From Amoebidium appalachense (Eukaryota > Protista > Ichthyosporea), in assembly GCA_963693365.1 (NCBI GenBank), contig CAVNZM010000009.1, forward strand, positions 1,800,231-1,864,230: DNA of 64,000 nt, read 5' to 3'. The position numbers and the translations under genes are program-made. The stretch's first letter is position 1. Every line of letters starts with the position of its first letter. The notes beneath the pieces are model-generated. The model searched no databases. It saw only the letters and a list, made by a program, of their open reading frames with translations, and was not told the origin of the DNA. Shown here piece after piece: positions 1 to 41,648 of the stretch.

Positions 1-539
1 TGTTCCAAAAGTCTATTTAAAATGGCTATGGCATCAGATCCCGAAGACGAAGTTGGGGCCACCACCAACATGTTCTCTCAGAAGAGAACTTTTCCAGCGC
101 CGAAAGAAGGTAATTGTCAGTTTTCGAGGCGTTCTAAAGTTGCCGCGTATGACTCGAATAATACCGTGACGCATAATAGGAAGTAACTTGTATAGTAGCG
201 GCGACAATATAAGTGCAACAAAGGATCCTCAGTGCATGAAGTAAAGTCGTTCTCCATGAGCAGATTCAAGTCAAACAGATCTCTACCTGCTAGCTGCAGC
301 AGCAGCGTCCAGCCCTCTTCTACTCTTTCCTCTCCCCTCTAACCACTATCGGAAGTACAGATGCACACAGATGGTGCACCGATGCTACTTCCTTCCCTCT
401 GCTACGCCCGATACTTCTTGGATGCTAAACGTAATTTCTACCGTCACGGTGTGAAAAACTGACGCGCACTGCAACCGTGGCCGTTGCGGGCACACAGCCA
501 CCGTTTCGCATCAAAGGAGCCGCGTTCCATCGTGCAAAA

Positions 540-650
540 TCGATCAATTTTAGCCAATAGGAATACAGTTTTATTTTGATTGGATACAGCTGAAAAGGTC
601 CGATTGGTTTAGAGATCAGAACGCGGGATTTGTTTTTTTTTGGCGGGCTT
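540..650. promoter_or_regulatory. Second CCAAT x3 plus E2F-like cluster; target gene not identified
   Basis: GCCAAT at about 553, GATTGG at about 578 and 602, CGCGGGATTT at about 622, TTTGGCGGG at about 639. Confidence 0.25.
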
Positions 651-677
651 TCTGAGCTCGAGCTCATAGTCATGCGC

Positions 678-783
<106 letters not shown>

Positions 784-1188
784 TGTGTGCGTGCGCATGC
801 GCGCGCGCGTGTGTGTTTACACATGCACATGAGGTGTGCGTGCACATGTGCGTGTGCGCGCGCACACATGTGTGTGGGGGTCTGGGGTGTCTGGGGTGTG
901 TGTTGTGTGTGTGTACGTCTGTGGGTGTACATGTGTGCACGTGTTGTGTTTGTATGTACGTGTGCTTCTGTACGTGAGCAATTGTGGATGTACACGTGTA
1001 CATGTACATGTACACGCGTACGTGCGTGACGTCCGCGTATACGTACGTATAATGTGTATGCGATCACGCCGCCGGGTGTGTGTGAACTCTGACGTGTGTG
1101 CACCACCTATAGCTAGCTAGGCCTTCAACCCGCGGTACATTTTTTTTTTTTTTTTTTTGGTGTGTGTGTGTGTGTATGTGTGTGTTGT

Positions 1189-1259
<71 letters not shown>

Positions 1260-1968
1260 CGAGGCCTCGAGATCGATGCGTGCGCATATGGGTAAGAAAG
1301 TAACTGCGGCCCAGGGAGGATCCGGGGTACACATGTGACTGGCTCGGGCTCGCGAAGGATCAGACCGTTTATTGCAGGTTTCAGGCCTAGGCCCTCATTC
1401 TAAAGGCGGCTGCACTTGCGCAACACTAGCAAATATATCGGTACCAAGACCGCGGGCCAATAGTTCACGTGTCATATATCATTCACCACCCCATGCAGGT
1501 GTGCACGGTGTGCACATCTGGGATTAGGAGAAACACTTAGAAATGTCCTTGGGTAAATGAACAAATTTTCTGGTACGACAGCACTGGCACATATTGCACC
1601 AGCAGAATACCTTGTTACAAGGTGCAGACCTAGGCAATAAGAAAAAGAAAAACAGGCGGAAAGTCCAATAAATATTTGGTTAATTAAGTAAGCCTTAGAA
1701 AGAGTCTCATGTGCAAGTAGAAAGTCTAATACTAGAGTCTCATACCGAGTTAAACTTGCACCTGCACTTGCCATGTCGAGCAATTTTCATGCGACTAGTG
1801 ATAGACAATCGATGTGATTAGTCATCCAGAAGGGTTGGATGATGTAATATGCCAGCTTACAGCGCCCAATTGTTAGCTGCAACTAAAGAAAACCAACAAA
1901 TCGAACGCCATATGCAGTATAAGGAGATTTTTCTTTCAACAGAAAACTTTGATTGGAATGGAATTAGT

Positions 1969-11954
<9,986 letters not shown>

Positions 11955-12589
11955 TTTTTATATTTCTGTGGGGGGTGGGTGGGGGCCGGTGGGGAGGGGG
12001 GGGGAATGGGGTGGAAAGGGGGCGCAGGGGGACGGTGAATGGGAAGGGGAGGCGGGTAGAGGGGTGTTTGTCAAAGAGGGAGGGGAAGCAGGGGTTGGGA
12101 GGAGGAGAAGCGGAGTAGTTGCAGTCAGAGGGGAAACAAAAAAAAGTGGAAGAATAAGCGCAGAACTAATATCAGACTGACTGATATAATCTTGCACAAA
12201 ATGACGCGCGATCTTGCGAAAAATCTATGCTACTAAACGCTGCTGTAAACTGAGAGGACCAAAAAATTCCTTGCGTTTTAGGAGAACCCTCGCTCTAGTA
12301 GCACGCAACTTTCCAGATGCATTTCGTTCTTCCCTTTCTCACAACAGGGTTTTTACCTGTAACAAGCTGTTTTCTCAAGAGTTCAGCTTTTTCTCCTCTC
12401 CTAATTGCTCTCCTGCCTTTACTTCGCGTTAATCCCTTGTTTTGTTGTTTTGTGTGCAATGCATTGAAGGAATCAACCGGTAAGAATCTTGCATGACACA
12501 CTAAAGGAGTTAAAATTTAACTGTCTATCAGCGGTGTTTATTAGTGTGACAAACGAAAGGTGGATTTAGAATTTTTTGTACACTGCTGT

Positions 12590-12690
12590 GATTGGGTTAG
12601 CTTTGGCGCCATTAGACTTTCTCCCAACCAATCACATCTCATGCCTCCAAAACGACGGGGGCCAATCGCCTTGCGCCGAGCTTGGCGCTG
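12590..12690. promoter_or_regulatory. Candidate E2F plus CCAAT (NF-Y) cluster upstream of MCM5
   Basis: TTTGGCGCC at 12602-12610 and CTTGGCGC at 12681; CCAAT/ATTGG at about 12591, 12628 and 12662; about 650 bp upstream of the MCM5 ATG. E2F control of MCM genes is established in animals and plants; function here is untested. Confidence 0.35.
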
Positions 12691-13509
12691 CCCACAGTCT
12701 GGGCCGCCGCCGGGCTGGAGCCTGGCACTTTTTCTGGGGAGAGTTTGCAACGTGTGTGGCATTGCGTGAGAGGAAAGGAGTAGATATACAAAACAGATGC
12801 TCAAAAACCCACCACATGCACAAGTTTGAGTTATTATAAGCGTGGAGGCGATAGAAAGCACTTCCATCCTCATTAGAGGTAAACAGAGCAGCACCATGCA
12901 TCAGTGGTGCAGGGCAACATCTTTTTTCCCTTTTACAGTACTACCAATACAGGACATTCACAGGCAATTAACCCATGTGGAATTTGCACTTCAGAGAAAG
13001 CATGGAGAAACGGTGTATGTATTGTGTGGGTGCATGGCTGTGTGTGATGATTAAACAAAAAAACTTGATCAGTCAGCTTGTGCCTCGCTGGTGGGCCAAC
13101 ACGTAACCTACCCATAGATGCTGAAAGGCATGCTGAAAAGCACACGGCAGAGCCCCACCAGTTTTGGTGAATCGTCATCTTTTTTCTTCTTCTCTCTTGT
13201 TTAGGGTGTTTCTACCAGTATCCACCTCCAGTATAGGATCCTCCCTCCCCCCTCTTCCCTCCCGCACAAACGCATGCACACACCACCGCCGGCAATAACC
13301 CAATTTATCCTCACCGCCGTCATCGTCACGTGTTCTTTCCGTATACCTGCATCGTGATTTTTTTGGGGCTAGCTTTCAATTAATCCGTGCAACACATATC
13401 AAAGCCCCAACCACCACTCTATGCTTACCGACCTCCCACATCACCCCAACCGCCTGCACCAACACAGAAGGGTGTTTACATATATTCGTATGAATCACAC
13501 ACACATTCC

Positions 13510-13548
<39 letters not shown>

Positions 13549-14023
13549 TGCCCCACCCCTCGTCCGTTCACACACAAGCTCTGCGATTTTTGCTATCTGC
13601 GTAAGCTAAATTGAGGGGTTGCCCTCTTCCTGTGCTGCCTCTTGCTAACCCTAGGCTGATATGACAAGGCAAAACACAGGAGGAGTAAGAGAACCGCCAG
13701 AGTTCGAAGGCGCTCACTCACAAGCAACCATAACAGCATGGGCACCCTATGCACGAAAAACAAGTAACGAACGATCAGGTTTATTATAACGTGTAAGAGA
13801 ATCATGCTGAAAGTAGTATGTGTATTCATACATTCCAGTTGTGTTGCAAAAAATAGTGCCTGGAGCATACATGCATCTACTCAAAGAGTTATTATCAGTA
13901 TGTCCCGTAGCCTTGTTAATAAGGCACAAGGCCTCGTTACCTATGTTCCTATGACTACTATTGCACCCTTATAGATGTAATTTAACACCAGCTTCACTAA
14001 AGTGTTTCTTTGAAGTCATTCAT

Positions 14024-35138
<21,115 letters not shown>

Positions 35139-35788
35139 GTCAGCGCTTACACAATGTCTGAGCGTACGTTATCCGTCAACATATCACTCTAACGTGTAGT
35201 GGGTGGGCAAATCTTTGTTTCACAATACCACCCACAGATAGGCAGGCTACAAGAGGAATTTAAAAGGGATCCGAACGATCTGTGCGTGTGAGCATAAAGA
35301 GAAGTGAGATTCGGAACATCACGACGAATCTATGAAGAGAACCAGGTTGCTTAACGTCCGTTTAGGAGAATGGTGGAGGTTTCTTGCTCCGCACGGAGGG
35401 GGTGTGATGGCTTGGTACGAAAGCGAAGGAAAAAAGAAAGACTGAGAAAGGAAGGAAAAGGAGGAAGGATATCTATTATTAGTTGCCCAGCCAGTAACAC
35501 GCGGTGAACGTTAACTTAGGCTCCACACCACTTTTCGGAAGCTGTGCCTGGTGAAACAGAAGTGCACCGTGACAAAGAAAAAGGGTGTCCATTTTCTGAA
35601 AACAAAAGTTTCAGAAAATTTGCGCAAACACTACAAAGCGGAGCACAGCGCTCCACTGGCTTGCGAATATGATTATCGATTCAAATGTCGCTTTTTATTA
35701 TCTGCTAATAAATAGTATCCTTCGCGCATCCACCCCTAAACCAGGCCATCCGTGGCCCTAAGGGCCGGGGAACACCCCCATCCATGTC

Positions 35789-36973
35789 ATGGCACATGCC
35801 TATAATCGTTTCAGAACCTCTTTCAAAGTTCCATCTACACCCATCACACATGTGCGACCATTAAAACGTCCAGCAGATACACCTACCACAGATGCACAAC
35901 CAGAAAAACATCGCCTTAGACTAAGCGCAACACCTATTTACAATACACTACCCATTCAGAATAACACCACACCACTCCGTAGAAACACAATAACAACCAT
36001 GCCGAAACTTTCGGTTGATACAGTACTGGCAGAACTTGCCCTCGTTAAGAAACAGCTAAATGAGCTGTTACCACTCAAGAACATGATAGAAAAACTCCAA
36101 ACAGAAAATACCCAACTCAAGCTCACCATTGATTCACTCACAGCCCAGCTAAACATTAGTGGATCGCAAAACCCCAAAACTCATGAGCAAACATCTCGCG
36201 ACGGAGACATTTCCACCCCAACACAAAACAACACAGGACCGGAAGCACAGCTCCCGGCAGAGTTCCTAGAATATGCGAACTCTCGTAAAACACCCGAGCT
36301 CCGCCAAATTGCCAAGGAAACATATGCCAGCATTCTTGCAGGCAACGAGTACCGCCGCAACTCCCCTCCCAAACCGCCGGCTAAGGGGAACACCCAAGCA
36401 AACGGTAACATCAACATCCCACCCAAATACGAGAGGGTGTATTTCAAAGTCAAGCACGGCAGACGCCCACACAGGGCCATGTGGTCCATCTTCAAGGCTC
36501 TCGGCTTCCGGTGCTCTCGCATCCTTTGTCTGTCCTTCATTGGATACGATGTGCTGGAAGTAGCAGTACGGGGCGACTATAACCGTGCGTTCATCCGTGA
36601 CGCGACAAAGGGGTGTGGAAGCTTCTTCACCCACCTCCCAAGCTACGACCCATGCGCGCCGGAAAACATTCAGAAAGCAGACAAAGAACGTAAAGTGTCT
36701 GCTAAGAATGCGTGCGCCACACGTTGTCGTGTACGCATCAGCAAGGCAAAAGAGTTCCTCGCAAAGTTGGAAAACGATGCTACGAGCGTGATAGACACGG
36801 ACACGAAGGAACCAATGTTTTCTGGTGAGAAACTGCTCGAGCGCAAACGCCGATGCGAGATGGAAATCGAGCTCTTCTGCGAACTGTTCGCGCTGGCGGA
36901 AGGTCGTGCATACGACCCCGTAAGCGACAAGTGGGAACCAACCCCACAGGTGTCGGACCAAACCGATGCCTAA
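35789..36973 (+). CDS. LINE ORF1 protein (coiled coil plus putative RNA-binding domain), 394 aa
   Basis: Lies directly upstream of and overlaps ORF2; heptad segment LAELALVKKQL...IEKLQTENTQLKLTIDSLTAQL; TYASIL motif; alpha/beta segment YERVYFK...ALGFRCSRILCLSFIGYDVLEVAVRGDY; no CCHC knuckle. Confidence 0.8.
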   Translation: MAHAYNRFRTSFKVPSTPITHVRPLKRPADTPTTDAQPEKHRLRLSATPIYNTLPIQNNTTPLRRNTITTMPKLSVDTVLAELALVKKQLNELLPLKNMIEKLQTENTQLKLTIDSLTAQLNISGSQNPKTHEQTSRDGDISTPTQNNTGPEAQLPAEFLEYANSRKTPELRQIAKETYASILAGNEYRRNSPPKPPAKGNTQANGNINIPPKYERVYFKVKHGRRPHRAMWSIFKALGFRCSRILCLSFIGYDVLEVAVRGDYNRAFIRDATKGCGSFFTHLPSYDPCAPENIQKADKERKVSAKNACATRCRVRISKAKEFLAKLENDATSVIDTDTKEPMFSGEKLLERKRRCEMEIELFCELFALAEGRAYDPVSDKWEPTPQVSDQTDA

Positions 36974-39900
36974 TTTATCCTTCTTCTTCTGGAACGCTCG
37001 GACACTGGGCCCCCAAAAGGGCCTCCCCCCCGGGACACTCGACGATAAAATCAGCTACATACAACAACAGACAAACAACCACACGTTTACAGTGATTTGC
37101 GAAACACAGTTTAAAAACCACCACAAATTCAACTCTACATTGGTCGACACATCCACACACCCCGGTTACGCGAAAAACCGAGGCATTATTGTACTTGCCG
37201 CACCACACGTGAGAGTGAAGTGCAAACCGGTAGCAAAAACGGAATTCTCGGTTTCTATAGAGTTTCTTTCTAATGTTTTTACTTTTGTATATTACCCACC
37301 ATCTATGTCGGTTGTCGAATTGACTCACGAGTTGTCACAGTTACCAATGTCCACTGTTATTTTAGGTGATTTTAACACGCGACTCCACCACACAGACACA
37401 CTGCAAGTGAGTGTCGGGTACCCATCTAAGCCCCCGGAGCGTGCTATCCCTTTAGCAAGGTATGTCCAAAGTCACACTTTGCGGTTCCCTCAAATATCCC
37501 ATGCCCACAACACCGACTGGGGAGTGGCCTTTTGGCCATCAACCATGTCAAAACTCTCTCTCCCTCCTAACCTCTCTAGGTCATCTGACCACTCTCCTAT
37601 CCTTTTCCTACCTAAGATCTCCCTTGATCTGCTCCCCCCTCCCCCTCCCACCTTTCGCCTCCGTCTATCCCAGCTTAAGTCACAGTGGGGTAGAGTTGAT
37701 GTATGTGTATGCTATGCTACGAAACACCCTATATATATGCGCCTATTAGAATCTGCACAAGCCAGGCCAGATTCACATCTCGTACTAGATACATGCACTA
37801 ACTTTATTGTTGATGATTTGATAGATCTCGGTGATTATGCTGGCGGTGGTAGGAAGGAATATCCCGATGCTCTCTTGTTACCAAACACCACTCCCGCTAG
37901 ACTAGGTGAACCCCTGTCTCAAAAGGAAAGCTTGCGCCGGCTTGCTAGTATGAATCGATTTGGCCCCCCTGCTCGTATTATTGGTGATACCACTGGAGAC
38001 CCCCTCATAGACTCTGATAAGTATTTCTCGGAACTGTTTAAAGATAGGACCCCCGCTCAGAAACCTATTGTGTGGCCTGTAGACCCATCTATCCCCATAG
38101 AATCGATCCTCCCCTTTTTCAGTCCCGATGCCATATGGTCTGTGATATCTAGTTATAGCTCTAGTAAGTCTTGTGGACCTGATGGACTCCCTGCTGGGTT
38201 TCTTAAAATCCTTGTTCCCTCCTACCCACAAAAGGAAAGTGATCGTGCTATTAAACCTGATCTTACTATCATGTTAAGCTCTCTCTTTTCTTGGTGTGTT
38301 AAATGTGGACATGTCCCGTCATCTTGGTTAGATACCTTAGTGATCCCCATAGTTAAGAAGGACTCTGAGGGCCCCATATCATCCTTTCGCCCCATTACAC
38401 TAACCCAGGTTGTTCGTAGACTCTTTGAAGCTTGCTTACTTAGGTTATTTGCACATCACCCTAGGTTTCAATCTATTCTTCACATACACCCATGCCAATC
38501 CGCTTTTCGTAAAAACAATTCATGTTATGTTCAAATAATGGCACTGCACGATTCTATGCAAGTTGGTGCACAATATGTTGGCTTTATTGATTGGAAAACT
38601 GCTTACGATTCTGTCTCCCCTGGTCTCCTATGGGAAAAGCTTGCTGCACGGGGTGTACCACACTGCATTGGTGTTCTGTTAGAAGCACTCTTGTCTCAAA
38701 CCTATGGTAGAGCTGTGGTTAATGGGCATCTTTCATATGGTTTTGCTCGTACTAGAGGTCTCTTGCAGGGTTCATTGCTTAGCCCCTTTTTGTTTAACCT
38801 ATTTATAGATGATTTGGCTGTCAAGATTTACGCCGAAAACGATGACCCTATTAATAACTTTCCGCCTGCACTTCTCTATGCTGATGATCTGTCCCTCCTT
38901 GCCCGTACCCCTAGACGCCTGCAAAGATTGTTCGATGTAGTGTCAGAGTGGTGCAAGGCAAACCTTATGATCCTTAACATAGACAAATGTGGTGTTCTTG
39001 TACCTGATATAGCTAACAATTTACACACATTTACATTATCATCTAAACCTGTACCTATAGTTCCAGAATACAAATATCTTGGTGTTCCGGTTGATTCTGT
39101 TGGTGTTATGTTTCCCCATATGGTCGAAAAGAGGGTAGAGTTGGCTCGTAAGCGGTTAGCTTTCTTCTCGGCTAATATTTTTAAAGACACACCCCTCCAT
39201 CCTTCTATTAGACTTACATTTATTCGCACTTTTGTCTTCCCGGCATGTGAATATGGTTTACCCCTTCTCGCCGCTTGGATCAAGAAAGAGAGAACTAGAG
39301 CGCTTAAACCCTTGGCAAATTTCCTTGAAGCAGAAGTTGCCTCCTTTCTATGTAACAACTGTTGTAAACCTGGGCCTGTAACGCTCTCGATATATGGTCT
39401 GGTCCCAATAGCTGCTAGAGTATCCTATCTCGCGCTGAAATTCAATAAGCACATAAGCCGCTTAAAGAAGTATTTGCCCTCCCACCCTCTCTTCTCTATC
39501 CGACCTGTCCCCTCCTCACCTCTCCCCTCTTTCCTCCCCTCTCTCTCCCCTTCTCCCCTGGGCACAAATACAAATAAACCCCGCAATAGTGTGTGTGTGA
39601 CTTTGGACTGCCACTTACTTATTAAACATGTACACAATCACAAGATAATCACGCAATATAACAAATGGAAAAAGATACCACACGACACTAGACCCGATGA
39701 AAGCATACACCTTGAAAAACTAAGCCTTATGTCTCGTTTTATATATACTGACCGCCTCAACCATATTGCCAAATATGGCACTCGCAAGTGTATAACACCT
39801 AAATACATATTACCTTCCTGTAGAACTGGTCTTTCTCTAGCTGATGGTATTATTGATCAATTACCACGCTTTTACTGTACACGTGCTATACAGTGGAGAT

Positions 39901-40160
39901 CTAATAAGTATAAGGTGGCATCATTTGCATGCCCAAACAACACACACACACACCAGTTTAACCGGTCATGTATCGCCAAATGTAGTTTGATAGACCACAT
40001 AATACCGCAACACACACACGTCACATTCACAACAGACACCCAGAAAGATAGCCTACCTGTAAATTACAACATCCTTGATTTTATACTAAACACGCGTAAC
40101 TACGACCTGTTTATTAGATGTATTGATTGGCTTGAGAAACACATCACTACAAAATTATAG
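36966..40160 (+). CDS. LINE ORF2: apurinic-like endonuclease plus reverse transcriptase, 1064 aa
   Basis: APE motifs WNART, ICETQ, YYPP, LGDFN, SDHSPI. RT motifs GPDGLP, FRPITL, QSAFR, FIDWKTAYDSV, GLLQGSLLSPFLFNLFIDDL, YADD, LNIDKC, YKYLGV. Cys/His-containing C-terminus (CPNNTHTHQFNRSCIAKC...NILDFILN). No RNase H is evident. Confidence 0.97.
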   Translation: MPNLSFFFWNARTLGPQKGLPPGTLDDKISYIQQQTNNHTFTVICETQFKNHHKFNSTLVDTSTHPGYAKNRGIIVLAAPHVRVKCKPVAKTEFSVSIEFLSNVFTFVYYPPSMSVVELTHELSQLPMSTVILGDFNTRLHHTDTLQVSVGYPSKPPERAIPLARYVQSHTLRFPQISHAHNTDWGVAFWPSTMSKLSLPPNLSRSSDHSPILFLPKISLDLLPPPPPTFRLRLSQLKSQWGRVDVCVCYATKHPIYMRLLESAQARPDSHLVLDTCTNFIVDDLIDLGDYAGGGRKEYPDALLLPNTTPARLGEPLSQKESLRRLASMNRFGPPARIIGDTTGDPLIDSDKYFSELFKDRTPAQKPIVWPVDPSIPIESILPFFSPDAIWSVISSYSSSKSCGPDGLPAGFLKILVPSYPQKESDRAIKPDLTIMLSSLFSWCVKCGHVPSSWLDTLVIPIVKKDSEGPISSFRPITLTQVVRRLFEACLLRLFAHHPRFQSILHIHPCQSAFRKNNSCYVQIMALHDSMQVGAQYVGFIDWKTAYDSVSPGLLWEKLAARGVPHCIGVLLEALLSQTYGRAVVNGHLSYGFARTRGLLQGSLLSPFLFNLFIDDLAVKIYAENDDPINNFPPALLYADDLSLLARTPRRLQRLFDVVSEWCKANLMILNIDKCGVLVPDIANNLHTFTLSSKPVPIVPEYKYLGVPVDSVGVMFPHMVEKRVELARKRLAFFSANIFKDTPLHPSIRLTFIRTFVFPACEYGLPLLAAWIKKERTRALKPLANFLEAEVASFLCNNCCKPGPVTLSIYGLVPIAARVSYLALKFNKHISRLKKYLPSHPLFSIRPVPSSPLPSFLPSLSPSPLGTNTNKPRNSVCVTLDCHLLIKHVHNHKIITQYNKWKKIPHDTRPDESIHLEKLSLMSRFIYTDRLNHIAKYGTRKCITPKYILPSCRTGLSLADGIIDQLPRFYCTRAIQWRSNKYKVASFACPNNTHTHQFNRSCIAKCSLIDHIIPQHTHVTFTTDTQKDSLPVNYNILDFILNTRNYDLFIRCIDWLEKHITTKL

Positions 40161-40164
40161 CGCA

Positions 40165-40237
<73 letters not shown>

Positions 40238-40269
40238 CCAGCTGATACCGAGTGTCCCGAGGGGAGCCC

Positions 40270-40310
<41 letters not shown>

Positions 40311-40882
40311 GGGGAACCCCAACTAATTGATTTCTCCTTGTAGTCTTTATGGTGTCTCGTAGAGAAAGTAAACCCTGATATATAGTCACCACCCGACATC
40401 TATGTACGTGATCATGATATACCGCTGAGGGGATATTCCGAGCAAACCCCCCCCCCCATACCTGAGACTGGTTCTCTTTGCCTCGAGTAAACAGCGTAAA
40501 CCCCAATATGATTAGCTCACTAAATGCAAGAGACTCAGGAGTCACCACCTGTGACCATCTAACCTGTGGCAGCTCCCGGACTGTACTGTATGTACAAGCC
40601 TTCCACACACACACTCACACCTCCCCCCGGACCACCAACTGTACACGTCATCAACCTCTTCTTTCCGAAAGGCCCCCGGAGGAGGAGGGCGGGGAGCGGG
40701 AGGAGGAGGGCGGGGGGCGGGAGGAGGAGGGGTCTCTCCTCTGTACCATACATAGGACATCGGTAGTTCGGGAAGACCGTGCAAGGAAGGAAGGATGGGG
40801 TCTGGAACGGTGCCTGTCTGTTTATTTTTTCGCTTCCATATGTATGCCTTCTCAGTTTGTTGTCGGTGTTCACACGATGATT

Positions 40883-40885
<3 letters not shown>

Positions 40886-40971
<86 letters not shown>
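40886..40971. repeat. (CT)n microsatellite
   Basis: About 43 uninterrupted CT units. Confidence 0.98.
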
Positions 40972-40975
<4 letters not shown>

Positions 40976-41520
40976 CTTTCTTTTTTTTTTTGAGAACAGA
41001 AACGCTCGGACAGAGACACCCTCCCTCCCCCCCCCCCCACCACCTACCCCTCCCCCCTCCCACCCCCTCCCCACCCCACCCCGCGCCCTTTCTCTATCTC
41101 TTCTCCCCCCCCCCCCGGCCCCTCCCCCTCAAAAAACAAAAAACACACACACACACACACACACACACCACCTGCCTTGTCCCAGTGTCTTTCAACACAA
41201 AGACATAGAGATCGTTCAAAGAGCATGCGCATGTGCATCCCGTGTTACAGACACATCCGATGTGGCAAACACACCTCCCGCTACCCCAGGCAGCCCCGGC
41301 CCCATTGAAATATTGAGCCACACCCACTTCGTCCTTTCTCCCCTCTCCCCTCTCCTTCGATAACGTGCACCCGAATTGACACACACACACGCACATACAC
41401 ATACACACGGACGCACACACACGCACGCACGCACCCAGACCCACACACACGAGTGTTATAGGCACGCACACCCCCCCACACACACACACATAATGCACGC
41501 ACGCGCTGGCAGACATGCAT

Positions 41521-41576
<56 letters not shown>

Positions 41577-41608
41577 TGTGTGTGTGTGTGTGTGTGTGTG
41601 AGTGTGTG

Positions 41609-41648
<40 letters not shown>

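Larger units (their letters stand above)
35774..40309 (+). mobile_element. Apparently intact non-LTR retrotransposon (LINE; ORF1 plus APE-RT ORF2)
   Basis: Two overlapping uninterrupted ORFs; 3' UTR with (CA)n and a short AGGGG-AG-CCCCT stem; A36 tail at 40274-40309; CGGGGAAC directly repeated at 35766-35773 and 40310-40317 (candidate TSD). Confidence 0.93.

Noticed and set aside
23-109. Possible plus-strand exon MAMASDPEDEVG...KE followed by GTAATT
   Set aside because: Short, no recognisable homology, and no downstream exon identified.
1472-1783. 103-aa minus-strand ORF downstream of MCM5
   Set aside because: Non-ATG start in the track, no motifs, and probably 3' flank.
12200-13300. Plus-strand donor/acceptor-like sites (12480, 12879, 13204) suggesting a gene divergent from MCM5
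   Set aside because: No coherent ORF could be assembled.
35680-35790. snRNA (U4/U5/U6atac) or HDV-like ribozyme at the LINE 5' junction
   Set aside because: Only 6-10 nt word matches; no Sm site, U5 loop I or HDV pseudoknot topology could be fitted.
40461-40590. Exon-like minus-strand segment (VRELPQVRWSQ...ENQSQ|GTATGG)
   Set aside because: No homology and no partner exons; may be chance or a relic.
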